64,000 nucleotides of DNA from a virus: IMG/VR virus record IMGVR_UViG_3300042562_001017, positions 1 through 64,000 of that record, one strand, 5' to 3'. The translations under genes were made by a program, and so were the position numbers. Numbering within the stretch: position 1 is the stretch's first letter; each line of letters opens with the position of its first letter. Positions 46,292-56,492 of this stretch are shown here, piece after piece. Below the pieces are notes generated by a model. The model saw only the letters and a list, made by a program, of their open reading frames with translations, searched no databases and was not told where the DNA came from.

Positions 46292-47017
46292 ATGAATTAT
46301 AAAGCTGTTTCTTGCAAACGTGTAATAGATAAAGTATTTGGTGCTTATGGTAATTTACTTTCTCAACATACTGATAGATTAATTGGCGAAAGTATTGTCT
46401 GGGCAGGTGATGCTTTAGAAAGTATTGGTAGTGTAATTAATCTTGAAGACAAAACAGCTTATCTTACTATAACTAATGGTAAGACACCTTTACCTTGTGA
46501 TTTACATTTAATTAAATCTGTAAGCTATAGAGGTCATTGGTTAAGATATGGTTCTCAAACATTTAATTATAATTTACATTGTGATGATTGTATTAATGCT
46601 ACTATAAGTGAATATGATTTTAGCTATACAGTTAATCCTAATTATATTAATACTAATATAGAAGATAACGAAGAGATATGTGTTTTCTATCAAGCTATTC
46701 CTACAGATGAAGAAGGTTATCCTTTAGTTCCAGATAATTTTGCTACAAGTGAATGTATATTTTGGTACATTACTAAACAGTTAATGCTAGGAGGATTTGA
46801 ACATCCTAATAGACAAATTACTTATGAGAAAGCAGAAATGAATTATATTAAACATAGAGGTCAAGCAGAAAATCAATTAGAGATGTTTGATATTCCTAGA
46901 TTTGAAGCATTTGCTAATAGTTGGGCCCGATTAATTCCTAACACTAATGCTGCTAGAGATTTCTTCTATACTAATAGTATTCCTGAAACATTTATCAATC
47001 AAAAATATAGAAGATAA
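46292..47017 (+). CDS. Tail tubular/ring protein
   Basis: LPCDL, YQAIPTDEEGYPLVPD; precedes the muzzle gene. Confidence 0.7.
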   Translation: MNYKAVSCKRVIDKVFGAYGNLLSQHTDRLIGESIVWAGDALESIGSVINLEDKTAYLTITNGKTPLPCDLHLIKSVSYRGHWLRYGSQTFNYNLHCDDCINATISEYDFSYTVNPNYINTNIEDNEEICVFYQAIPTDEEGYPLVPDNFATSECIFWYITKQLMLGGFEHPNRQITYEKAEMNYIKHRGQAENQLEMFDIPRFEAFANSWARLIPNTNAARDFFYTNSIPETFINQKYRR

Positions 47018-50000
47018 TGCAACCATTTTTATTAAATACTGAAGGCGACCCTAAGAATCAACCTGATAAAAGTTCAAGATTAAATATAAATGTTAACTTA
47101 ACTTCTGAACTTGGTTCTATTGTAACTGAAGATGGAAACGACCCTTTACATCTATATCCTACTCTTGAAACTTTTACTGCTGTAACTATTGGTAAAATTC
47201 CATTATTAGATGGAAAAACTGTTATATTTTCTTGTGTTCCTGGAAATTCAGTTATTAACAGTCTTAACAGAAGATTGGTTAATGCTGAAATAGGAGTCTT
47301 GTCTACAGATGGAAGTTATAGAGTTTTGTTGCGAGATAATTATCCTGACCCTGCTGCTGGAGATGTTATTGATTTTGGTTGGGATTTAAATACTCAAATT
47401 CAAGGAACATATAAAATCAATTTTGATAATACAATTACTGTTTATTTTGTTGATAATAAGAATCCTATAAGATGTCTAAATATAGATAATCCTAATATAA
47501 ATACTGATAATTTTTATAGAATAGTTAGTACTGTTGAGTTTAATAAATTAAATGTATTAACTCCTTTTACTAATAATATAATAAATTTACAAGAAATAAA
47601 TACTGGTGGAAATTTACCTTCAGGTGTATATTATGCTATAGCTGCTTACGCTGATGAAAATTTTAATGAAACTAATACTTTATTTCCTTCAAATCCTATA
47701 TCTATAGTAGATGAAAACTTTTTAAGTGATGTAAGCCAATATGATGGTTGTGCAGCTAATACTCCTACTTCTAAAAGTTTTACTATATCTATATCTAATG
47801 TTGAAACATCTTTTACTTATTTTAGAATATATATTGTAGCTAAGATAGGTGGTGTATTTACTGTTTATGATTATGATTTTCATGCTATAACTGGTTCTAC
47901 ATTTTCTTTATCAATACCTACTTTAACTAATAAACCTACATCTTCTTTAGATGTATTAGTAAATAAAATTGGTTGGATAGCTAAAACTGTTACTCAAATT
48001 GATAGTCAATTATATATAGGTAATTTAAAAGAAAAAGAAAGAACTAGTTTACAACCTTGGATTAATAATATAGTAGTTAATGCTGATATTGATGAAATAG
48101 GTAATGTAAATAATAGTGATGATTTTCGTAATGAAAAAACTATATATACAGATAGAGTATTTCAATATGATGAAGTGTATGCACTTTATGCAACTGTTTC
48201 TTATGTAGATGGTAGCGAAAGTGAAGCTTATCATATTCCTGGAAGAAGTTCAGCTAATATAGATTTACCCAAATATGCTGGTGGTGTTAAAGCTACAACT
48301 GAAACTATTAGAATTGCAGATTTTGGTTTACCATATGATGTTTGGACATATGATGGTGGTGGAGATGCTGATACTAGTCCAGGTGGAGAAATGACTAATA
48401 TAGATATTAACTCTCAAACTTTTCATGCATTTGATACTTCTTATAATCCATTAGCTAGTACTAACTTAGGATATTGGGAAAATCAAAATGAATTTTATCC
48501 TAATTTAAGTGATTGGGATATTTTAGATTCAGATGGAACAAGTTTAGGTACTTTAAGAAGTACTCATGTTAAACATCATAGAATGCCTAATCCTAAATAT
48601 TTACAAACTGATGGAAATGATACAAGCCAGTATAAAAGATTAGGTTTAGTATTTAGTAATATAAGACTTCCTGAAGAATTAGAAAATGAAATAGTTGCTA
48701 TTAATTTTTACTATGCTAAGAGAAGTAATGAAAACAGATTAGTATTTGGTCAAAGTTTATTATTAAATGATGTATTGTTAGTTAAAGTTAGTGACGACAA
48801 TGCTCCTTTTAGTGATGGTTCAGGTCAATTATCTAACGATACTAGTTATAGTGTAGGAACTACATTATCTATAGCTGATTTTGGTAGTACTGGTACAACT
48901 GAATTTGAATTACCTCTTGCTAAAAGACTTATACTTTCTGAAGATAGATTTAAAGCAGCACCTTTTGATGCTATATCTCAATTAACAAACCCTTCTTCAA
49001 TTTCATATTTAAAACCTATAAAAACTTTAAAAATGAAATTACTTAACTATAATAGTAGTGGAGATGTTTGGTCTAATACTGGAAATTTAAATTATGTAGT
49101 TAAAGCTTATTGGGATGTAGATGATGCTAATGCTGAAATTATGCATTCAACTAATCCTGCTATAGCTTTAAGAAGAACAAAACCTTGTTTAACAATAGAA
49201 AACATACCTAACAATGCTCTTACTGGAGGTGTACCTTTAGCTGATTTTACATTAAAAACTAATCATTATAAAAGTGATAAACATATAATTCTTGAAACTG
49301 AAAATATATTAGATTCTGATGATTTATATCCTAATGGATTTATAGCATATACTTTTAGTGCTGCCCACCCTGGTTTTGAAACTTCTGGTTCTCCTGGTAC
49401 AGAAAGTAATGAGTATAACGAATTAGTTGTATGTAACTTATATAATTATAAAACAGATGTTTATAATTCATTTGATTTTCAAGAATTAGCTTTTACTAAT
49501 AATAGTTTTGCTCTTACTTCTGATGCTTTTGACGGAACAGGTCAATCTACATCTGTAGTTTATGGTGGAGATACTTTTGTTGGTTGGAGTGGTTATAGAG
49601 GTACAAGTGATATTGTTCCTGCTCTTAATTTTGCAACAACTGGTAATACAGCAGGTGAATGGAGAATATTACATAAATACTTAGCTGAAACTATTAACAA
49701 TGTAAACTATAGACATGAAGGTCCTAATCAATATGATATATATTATCCTAAAACAGATATAGTACCTGTATTGAATGTACCTCTTTTACCTAATGGATTT
49801 GGTAATTATTATGGTTACAATACTGATTACACTTCTGTTAATGATTTAAAACAACCTAATATTCATTCTAAAAATTTTATACCTAGTGTTAATTCTTTTC
49901 CTACTAGAATAGCAAGGTCAAGTAAAGATAATCCTGAAGGTATTGTTGATAACTATAGAACATTTTTAGCTAACGAATATACTGATATTGAAAAATCAAA

Positions 50001-51663
50001 AGGTGAAATAGTAAATATTACAAATTATAATAATAGATTAATAATACATCATGAAAATAGTATTAAAGCTACAGCTACAAGAGATAGGATTAAAACTGAT
50101 GAAAGTGAAGCATTTGTTGGAGCAGGCGATTTGTTTGATTATCCTCCAAAAGATTTAATTCTTACTGATAGTGGGTATGGAGGATTACATCACCAATTTG
50201 CTAGTGTTCTTACTCAATACGGTATATTCTATCCAGACGTTAATACTAATAAAATTATATTATTAGCTGATGGATTAAAAATTATATCTGATGAAGGTTT
50301 GTCTATATTTTTTATGAGAAATATAAAATTAAATTTTGAAAACTTTTATAGAAATTTAATATTTAATCTTTGTCCTACTTGGACAGCAGGTACTTATGTA
50401 ACAGGACAAGTTCGTAAATATAATAATGCTTTATGGAATTGTTTAAATACAACAACTGATGTCCCTACTTTTACAAGTACTAATTGGGAAATACTATATA
50501 GTTATGATAATTTTAAATTTAAAGGTAAAGATTCTATATATTATGGATACATAGCTGGATTTGATAATTATTATAAAAGATATTTACTTACTAAAAAAGA
50601 TTTAACTGTAACTGATACTTTTATAGACCAATTTAAAGGTCAATATGATAAAGAAGAAATTGACAACAATTGGTCAATAGGAAATCTTTTTATATATGAA
50701 AATCAATTATATAGAATAACTTCTACTTTATTACCTGATGGTATAGATTTAGGTGGGGGTCATTATGCAGTAGGTGTATACTTTAACGATAAAACTTATT
50801 TTGTTGAAGAAAGATATACAATAGGATATTATCCTGATTTTAAAGGTTGGGCTAGTTATTATAATTTTTATCCTGATAATTATGTAAATAATAATACTCA
50901 ATTTTTTTGGACTAAAGAAAATGTTATGTTTGAACATAATAAAGATGTATTGCTTATTCCTAATAACAATGGGCCCGTACCTTCAATTATTGAACCTGTA
51001 TTTAATAATAATGAACCAGCTAGATTGATATCTAGTCAATGGAAGACTAAAGCTTTAGATACTAGTAATAATGAAGAAGTACTTACTACATTTGATACTG
51101 CTCAAGCTTATAACTCTTATCAACTATCTAAAGAAAATACAATTGTAAATACTGATAATAGTAGAAACTTAGAAGGATATTGGTCACATAATGAATTTAG
51201 AGATAATACTGCTGATAATAATTTAAAAGTAGTTGACAATGATTTATGGTATAGACCTTTTACTAATAACTTAAATCTTAATAAACATTGGACTAAGATT
51301 AAAAAATTAGTAGATTTTTGGTTTGGAGTTAGATTTAAATATTTTACTCATACAGAAGAAGAAGATTTATTAGGTGGTACAAGTGAATTATTGTCACCAT
51401 CTGATTATGCTACTTATATTACTGCTGATTTAAATACCCCTGTAACTTTTAGTGCAGGTGATATATTAAAATTAACTACAAGTACTTTTTCTATATATGT
51501 TAAAGTTATATCTTACAATTCAGGTGTAAATTATTTTATTAAATTATATGAACCTATTGTATTTGGTGGTAATTTTGAATTAACTGAAATAAGTAGAATT
51601 AATAAAAAACCTAAACTGTATTTACTTGATGTAACTAAATTAGTAATTAAAAATATACGATAA
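47017..51663 (+). CDS. Tail stabilization (muzzle) protein
   Basis: 1548 aa beta-rich; YFVDNKNPIR, LYIGNL, AYHIPGR, KHHRMP, GGDTF. Confidence 0.75.
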   Translation: MQPFLLNTEGDPKNQPDKSSRLNINVNLTSELGSIVTEDGNDPLHLYPTLETFTAVTIGKIPLLDGKTVIFSCVPGNSVINSLNRRLVNAEIGVLSTDGSYRVLLRDNYPDPAAGDVIDFGWDLNTQIQGTYKINFDNTITVYFVDNKNPIRCLNIDNPNINTDNFYRIVSTVEFNKLNVLTPFTNNIINLQEINTGGNLPSGVYYAIAAYADENFNETNTLFPSNPISIVDENFLSDVSQYDGCAANTPTSKSFTISISNVETSFTYFRIYIVAKIGGVFTVYDYDFHAITGSTFSLSIPTLTNKPTSSLDVLVNKIGWIAKTVTQIDSQLYIGNLKEKERTSLQPWINNIVVNADIDEIGNVNNSDDFRNEKTIYTDRVFQYDEVYALYATVSYVDGSESEAYHIPGRSSANIDLPKYAGGVKATTETIRIADFGLPYDVWTYDGGGDADTSPGGEMTNIDINSQTFHAFDTSYNPLASTNLGYWENQNEFYPNLSDWDILDSDGTSLGTLRSTHVKHHRMPNPKYLQTDGNDTSQYKRLGLVFSNIRLPEELENEIVAINFYYAKRSNENRLVFGQSLLLNDVLLVKVSDDNAPFSDGSGQLSNDTSYSVGTTLSIADFGSTGTTEFELPLAKRLILSEDRFKAAPFDAISQLTNPSSISYLKPIKTLKMKLLNYNSSGDVWSNTGNLNYVVKAYWDVDDANAEIMHSTNPAIALRRTKPCLTIENIPNNALTGGVPLADFTLKTNHYKSDKHIILETENILDSDDLYPNGFIAYTFSAAHPGFETSGSPGTESNEYNELVVCNLYNYKTDVYNSFDFQELAFTNNSFALTSDAFDGTGQSTSVVYGGDTFVGWSGYRGTSDIVPALNFATTGNTAGEWRILHKYLAETINNVNYRHEGPNQYDIYYPKTDIVPVLNVPLLPNGFGNYYGYNTDYTSVNDLKQPNIHSKNFIPSVNSFPTRIARSSKDNPEGIVDNYRTFLANEYTDIEKSKGEIVNITNYNNRLIIHHENSIKATATRDRIKTDESEAFVGAGDLFDYPPKDLILTDSGYGGLHHQFASVLTQYGIFYPDVNTNKIILLADGLKIISDEGLSIFFMRNIKLNFENFYRNLIFNLCPTWTAGTYVTGQVRKYNNALWNCLNTTTDVPTFTSTNWEILYSYDNFKFKGKDSIYYGYIAGFDNYYKRYLLTKKDLTVTDTFIDQFKGQYDKEEIDNNWSIGNLFIYENQLYRITSTLLPDGIDLGGGHYAVGVYFNDKTYFVEERYTIGYYPDFKGWASYYNFYPDNYVNNNTQFFWTKENVMFEHNKDVLLIPNNNGPVPSIIEPVFNNNEPARLISSQWKTKALDTSNNEEVLTTFDTAQAYNSYQLSKENTIVNTDNSRNLEGYWSHNEFRDNTADNNLKVVDNDLWYRPFTNNLNLNKHWTKIKKLVDFWFGVRFKYFTHTEEEDLLGGTSELLSPSDYATYITADLNTPVTFSAGDILKLTTSTFSIYVKVISYNSGVNYFIKLYEPIVFGGNFELTEISRINKKPKLYLLDVTKLVIKNIR

Positions 51664-51681
51664 CAATTAAAAATAAAAATT

Positions 51682-52062
51682 ATGATGCTTAATATTAAAA
51701 AATCTGAATCTAGATATAGTGTTCCTCAATTAGTAGCTGAATTATTAGAATCAGTAACTATTATACATAAATTTCATTTAGTATCTAAATCTTATTCTGA
51801 GCATAAAGCTTTAGGAGGATTTTATGAAGAGATAGCAGGTTTTGCAGATTCTTTATTTGAAACATTTGCTTGGAGAAATAACTCAATAGAAATACCTCGT
51901 CCTACTTTAACAGATGTTAATGCAATAAGTTATTTAGAAAAATTAGCTAACTTTGTAGAAAATGCTAGAATGGTTACAACTTTTTCTGATTTACAAAATC
52001 AAATGGATGAAGTTAAAACATTAATTTACAGCACATTGTACAAACTTAAAAACTTAAAATAA
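51682..52062 (+). CDS. Ferritin/Dps-like four-helix protein
   Basis: HKFHL...SYSEHKALGGFYE...DSLFE...STLYKL. Confidence 0.65.
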   Translation: MMLNIKKSESRYSVPQLVAELLESVTIIHKFHLVSKSYSEHKALGGFYEEIAGFADSLFETFAWRNNSIEIPRPTLTDVNAISYLEKLANFVENARMVTTFSDLQNQMDEVKTLIYSTLYKLKNLK

Positions 52063-54489
52063 ATGAAACAAAGAACATTACCCGAATATAAAAAAGGTGG
52101 AATGATTAAAAGAGCTGATGGTTCTTATTCTAAACGTGGTTTATGGGACAACGTGAGAAATAATGCTGGTTCTGGCAAAAAGCCTACCAAAGAAATGTTA
52201 AAGCAAGAACGTAAGATTAAAGCTAAAATGGAAGAAGGAGGTGTCATAGACAATCCAGGATTTAATGCTTTACCTAAAGAAGTTCAAGAAAATATTATAG
52301 CTAATATGGCTATGGGAGGTTATATTTATAGTGAAGGAGGTAATATACATATTAAACCTGAAAACAAAGGTAAATTTACTTCATGGGCAGAATCTCATGG
52401 TATGGGAGTACAAGAAGCAGCTAGTCACGTAATGGCTAATAAAGAAGATTATTCTTCTACTATTGTTAAACGTGCAAACTTTGCTAAAAATGCTTCTAAA
52501 TGGAAACATCAAGATGGAGGAACAATTAATCGTTCTTTAAATCAATATTCTCAAGGTGGAGATATGACTGGACCTATTCAATTAGGTGCTATGGTTGGTG
52601 AACTAGCATTAGGTGCTATTCCTGATAATCAAGTAACTGATACTGAAGGTAATGCTGTTGGTACATATCAAGGTACAGGAAAATCTATTGGTCAAGGTGC
52701 TTTAAAAGGAGCAGCTGCTGGTTCTATGTTTGGTCCTGTAGGTACTGTTGTTGGTGGTCTTGCTGGTGGAGCAATGGGATATTTTCAAGGCAAAGAGGAA
52801 GAAAATGAAGTAAAGAAAATGCAAGCTGAAGCTAACAACATTATTACGTCTAAAAGAAGAATTGGAGGACCTAATTCTCCAATAACTACTATGCCTACTA
52901 ATGTTAATAATATGTATCCTTATGGAGGAACAATTAATGATGACCAACCTGGTGCTATTGCTGAATTAGAATTGCAAGAACAAATGCAATTACCTAATGG
53001 TACTGTAATGGGAGTTGATGGTCCGTCTCATGAAATGGGTGGTATTGAAGTTAATGTACCTGAAGGAACTAGAGTATTTAGCGATAGATTAAAAAATGGT
53101 AAAAGAACTTTTGCTCAAGACGCTAAATCAATTAATAGTAAAATAGCTAAATTAGATAAAAAACCTGATAGTCAAGCTAAGTCTAATACTGAAATGTTAT
53201 TTAATAAACAATTAGATAATTTATTTAATACTCAAGAAGAAATGAAAGCAATAAAAGAAGAAACTAAACAACGTAGAATGTTTGCTAAAGGTGGAACAGT
53301 AGAAAAAGGAAATCCTATACAACAATTTAATAATAAATATAATACAGATTACGTAAGTCCTGGTGATATGAGTAATTATAAATATCCAGGAACTGAAAAA
53401 TTTATTGATTCGGATAAAATAAAACTTAATGAGTTATATAATTTTTATGTACAAGCTCAAGAACAGATGACTAACGATAATATGATACCTCTTGCAAATA
53501 TGTACGATAAAAAAGGATATAATTTAATAAAACGTACAGGTTATGATAAAAGAACAATAAATAATATTCCTTATGAAGAAGGTGGGCGTATTCCTGCACA
53601 TAATGTTAGAATTATGAGGCATGGTGGATTAACGCATTATGATGGTGAAAACGGTAATGGTGTAATTTTTAGCGACCCTGCTGTAGTTATTACAGACCCT
53701 TTAGCTCAATATAAATGGGGAATGGAAAACAAAAATTCTAATCTGTTTCCTTCACAACCTAATCAAGTTGTTGCTGATAATTATGGAGTTCAAAGACCTT
53801 CTGTAACAAAAGGTACTCAATCTTTTAGACAAAGTGAACCAAATAATACAAATTCTAATTATTTTACTCCTCAAAATATGGGTTATGCTACTCAAGGTTT
53901 AACTAACTTAATGCAAAATCAACAAATTAATAAAGTAAAAGCTCCTAGAAGTATTGGGCCTGTAACTTTTAGTGCAGGTAGAAGTCCTGAGTATGTTGAC
54001 TATTCTGCTGAAAGAGCTGCTATTGATGCTGAAACTGCTGCTGCAAGAAGAGGTTTAAATTTAGGAAGCGGTAGTTATTCTACTCAAGCTGCTAACTTAC
54101 AAAAGATTAGAAATCAACAAATGATGGGTAAAGGTCGTTCTTTCCAAACTCAAGAAAATGCTAATAGACAATTAAACAATGCTTATAGTGGAGCACAAGC
54201 TGCTGCTTATAATCAAGGTGTAAGTTCTAATTTAGGTATTGACCAATATAATTTAGAAAATAGACAAAATTATGAATTATGGAAAGCTGGTAATAGAATG
54301 AAATCTACTGGTGCTATGGGAGATAACATGAGTAATATGTTTAATAATCAAATATCTAAAGAAAATCAATTAGCTTATTGGAATGTTATGAAAAACATGT
54401 ATGCTAGTAATGTTGGTAGAGATATAGGAATGCCTGATGGAAAAGGAAAATATGGCGGTACTATTAAAAAACGTTCTTTAAAGAAATAA
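52063..54489 (+). CDS. Virion cargo/ejection protein with repeated xxxGG motifs and glycine zipper
   Basis: GAAAGSMFGPVGTVVGGLAGG zipper, GPSHEMGGI, VFSDRL; follows the muzzle region. Confidence 0.7.
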   Translation: MKQRTLPEYKKGGMIKRADGSYSKRGLWDNVRNNAGSGKKPTKEMLKQERKIKAKMEEGGVIDNPGFNALPKEVQENIIANMAMGGYIYSEGGNIHIKPENKGKFTSWAESHGMGVQEAASHVMANKEDYSSTIVKRANFAKNASKWKHQDGGTINRSLNQYSQGGDMTGPIQLGAMVGELALGAIPDNQVTDTEGNAVGTYQGTGKSIGQGALKGAAAGSMFGPVGTVVGGLAGGAMGYFQGKEEENEVKKMQAEANNIITSKRRIGGPNSPITTMPTNVNNMYPYGGTINDDQPGAIAELELQEQMQLPNGTVMGVDGPSHEMGGIEVNVPEGTRVFSDRLKNGKRTFAQDAKSINSKIAKLDKKPDSQAKSNTEMLFNKQLDNLFNTQEEMKAIKEETKQRRMFAKGGTVEKGNPIQQFNNKYNTDYVSPGDMSNYKYPGTEKFIDSDKIKLNELYNFYVQAQEQMTNDNMIPLANMYDKKGYNLIKRTGYDKRTINNIPYEEGGRIPAHNVRIMRHGGLTHYDGENGNGVIFSDPAVVITDPLAQYKWGMENKNSNLFPSQPNQVVADNYGVQRPSVTKGTQSFRQSEPNNTNSNYFTPQNMGYATQGLTNLMQNQQINKVKAPRSIGPVTFSAGRSPEYVDYSAERAAIDAETAAARRGLNLGSGSYSTQAANLQKIRNQQMMGKGRSFQTQENANRQLNNAYSGAQAAAYNQGVSSNLGIDQYNLENRQNYELWKAGNRMKSTGAMGDNMSNMFNNQISKENQLAYWNVMKNMYASNVGRDIGMPDGKGKYGGTIKKRSLKK

Positions 54490-54493
54490 AACT

Positions 54494-54527
54494 AAAAAAA
54501 GTCCAAGTAATAATTTGGACTTTTTTT
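54494..54527 (+). terminator. Intrinsic terminator
   Basis: AAAAAAAGTCCAA-8nt-TTGGACTTTTTTT. Confidence 0.8.
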
Positions 54528-54577
54528 ATTTAAAATATATCTATCTTTGTAGTTCAGTATTAAAAATAAAACTACAA

Positions 54578-56491
54578 ATGGCTATAAATTGGAATCAGGC
54601 GGAATATGTCGCACCAAAACTACAGATTGTTCCAGAACAACTACCTTTAGAAGCAGGTATTAAAGTAGGAGAAGTCTTACAAAATCGTTATGATAAAGCT
54701 ATCGAAACAGATACAAAAATCGGAGCACTTACAAAAAAATTAATGGGGTCAATTGACCCAAAAGACCAAGAGTTAGCAAAAGAAATTACAGATACTTATT
54801 CTGCACGTCTTAAAGATAGAGCAACAACTGGAGATTATCACAAAATGCAATGGCAAACATTAGCTGATGCTGAAGATTTTGCTAACATCTATACAGGTTT
54901 AACTGAAAAAGCTAAAACTATGCAAAAGTATAGAGATTATATTGATACTAATAAAGATGTTATTGACCCTAGAGTTAAAGCTTATCAAAAAGCAGAATGG
55001 GAAAAAGCTCAAGGAAAATCAACATTTGATAAAGAAAATAGATTTGTTAGTGGATTAGGTGTATCTGCTCCTAGTTTAGTAGCTGATACTGATTTTGCTA
55101 AATTTGCAGATAGTTTTGCTAGTGGTTTTAAAGCAGATTCTGGTGGTGGTAAAAAAGGTAAAACTATATTTACTAAGCCTGGAGATAAGTTATCAGATGG
55201 AACTATATCTGCTGGAGGTGCTTACAATGAAATTAGTGCAAACAAATGGGAAAAAGTAAAAGATACTGATATTATTAAAGCACTTGATGATTATGCTGCT
55301 GCTAGTCCTAGTTTACAAGCTACAATAGATAGAGATACTAAAGCTAGTGTATATTATGAACCTTTGCGTGAAGGAGAAACTTTAGAGCAAAGACGAGAAA
55401 TGGTTAAACGTGATAATATGAGTAGAGCTTGGAATGCTGCTGCTAATAAATTTGGTTATACTAATAGTTATAGTGATGTTCAAAGCGAATACAATACTGA
55501 ATTAAATGCTTCTTTAGCTGCAAAAAATAAAGTAAATGCTCCAACAGTAGTTAATTCTTTAGCTGATTCTTATGGTAAAGACGGTTCTGTTTTAAGAAGA
55601 GCACTTGTTAACGGTCTTGAAGGTGAAGCAGGTTCTTTATATAATATAAAATCATGGGTTAAAAATGAATTAAAAACAAGTTCTGCATCAGAAAAAAGTA
55701 ATTATCAAAATTTAAACAATGCATTAGATAAAATAAAAGATTTATCTCCAGAAGAACAAAAAAGTTTAGCTAATTATTTTCAAATGGATATAGGTGATGC
55801 ATTGACATCATTAGATGAAAAGTCTTCTTTAGATTCACCTAAAGTAAAATCGCTTTTTAAAGAATTAAATAAACATATTGGGGCAACAATATCTTTAGAT
55901 ACTGAAATAGAAAGAAGATATAATAAAGCAAGTAAAGAAAATGTTGGGTTTCAAAACGTAAATATGTTAGTCCCACATTATAATAATGCAGAAGAAATAA
56001 ATCAGTTAAATACATGGATGAAAACCTCATTAAGTAATAACGATTTTAAACAATTTAAAGGTAAACTTGAACCTGAAGCAGATTATCAAATTAGTAAAGT
56101 AACTGACAGACCATTAGGTAATGGAACAGGTATTGTTATAGAACTAAAAGACAATAAAACAAATAAAACTGTTTTAGTTGAACCTAAAGATGATAGGTTG
56201 TTAGTTGCTTTAGAAAAAAGTTTTCCTGGAATAAGTACTATGAATTCGTTTAAAAATACTTCTGATTTTAGTCAAGGAGAAAGAAAAAGTATAAACACTA
56301 TTTTAGAAGAAAATCAAATTGGAAATACAGGAATGCCTGCTGGGCAAGGAGAATTAGAAATTCAATATGGTATTAATCCTGAAACTAAAGAAAAATCTAA
56401 TAGATATTATTTAATTACTCCTTCAGGAAGACCTGTTAAAGATGAAAACGGAAACATTAAACAATCAACTTCGTATATAGATTTATTATAA
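54578..56491 (+). CDS. Virion cargo/ejection protein
   Basis: ORF track 54515..56491; start moved to MAINW, downstream of the TATCTTTG promoter at 54542. Confidence 0.65.
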   Translation: MAINWNQAEYVAPKLQIVPEQLPLEAGIKVGEVLQNRYDKAIETDTKIGALTKKLMGSIDPKDQELAKEITDTYSARLKDRATTGDYHKMQWQTLADAEDFANIYTGLTEKAKTMQKYRDYIDTNKDVIDPRVKAYQKAEWEKAQGKSTFDKENRFVSGLGVSAPSLVADTDFAKFADSFASGFKADSGGGKKGKTIFTKPGDKLSDGTISAGGAYNEISANKWEKVKDTDIIKALDDYAAASPSLQATIDRDTKASVYYEPLREGETLEQRREMVKRDNMSRAWNAAANKFGYTNSYSDVQSEYNTELNASLAAKNKVNAPTVVNSLADSYGKDGSVLRRALVNGLEGEAGSLYNIKSWVKNELKTSSASEKSNYQNLNNALDKIKDLSPEEQKSLANYFQMDIGDALTSLDEKSSLDSPKVKSLFKELNKHIGATISLDTEIERRYNKASKENVGFQNVNMLVPHYNNAEEINQLNTWMKTSLSNNDFKQFKGKLEPEADYQISKVTDRPLGNGTGIVIELKDNKTNKTVLVEPKDDRLLVALEKSFPGISTMNSFKNTSDFSQGERKSINTILEENQIGNTGMPAGQGELEIQYGINPETKEKSNRYYLITPSGRPVKDENGNIKQSTSYIDLL

Positions 56492-56492
56492 T

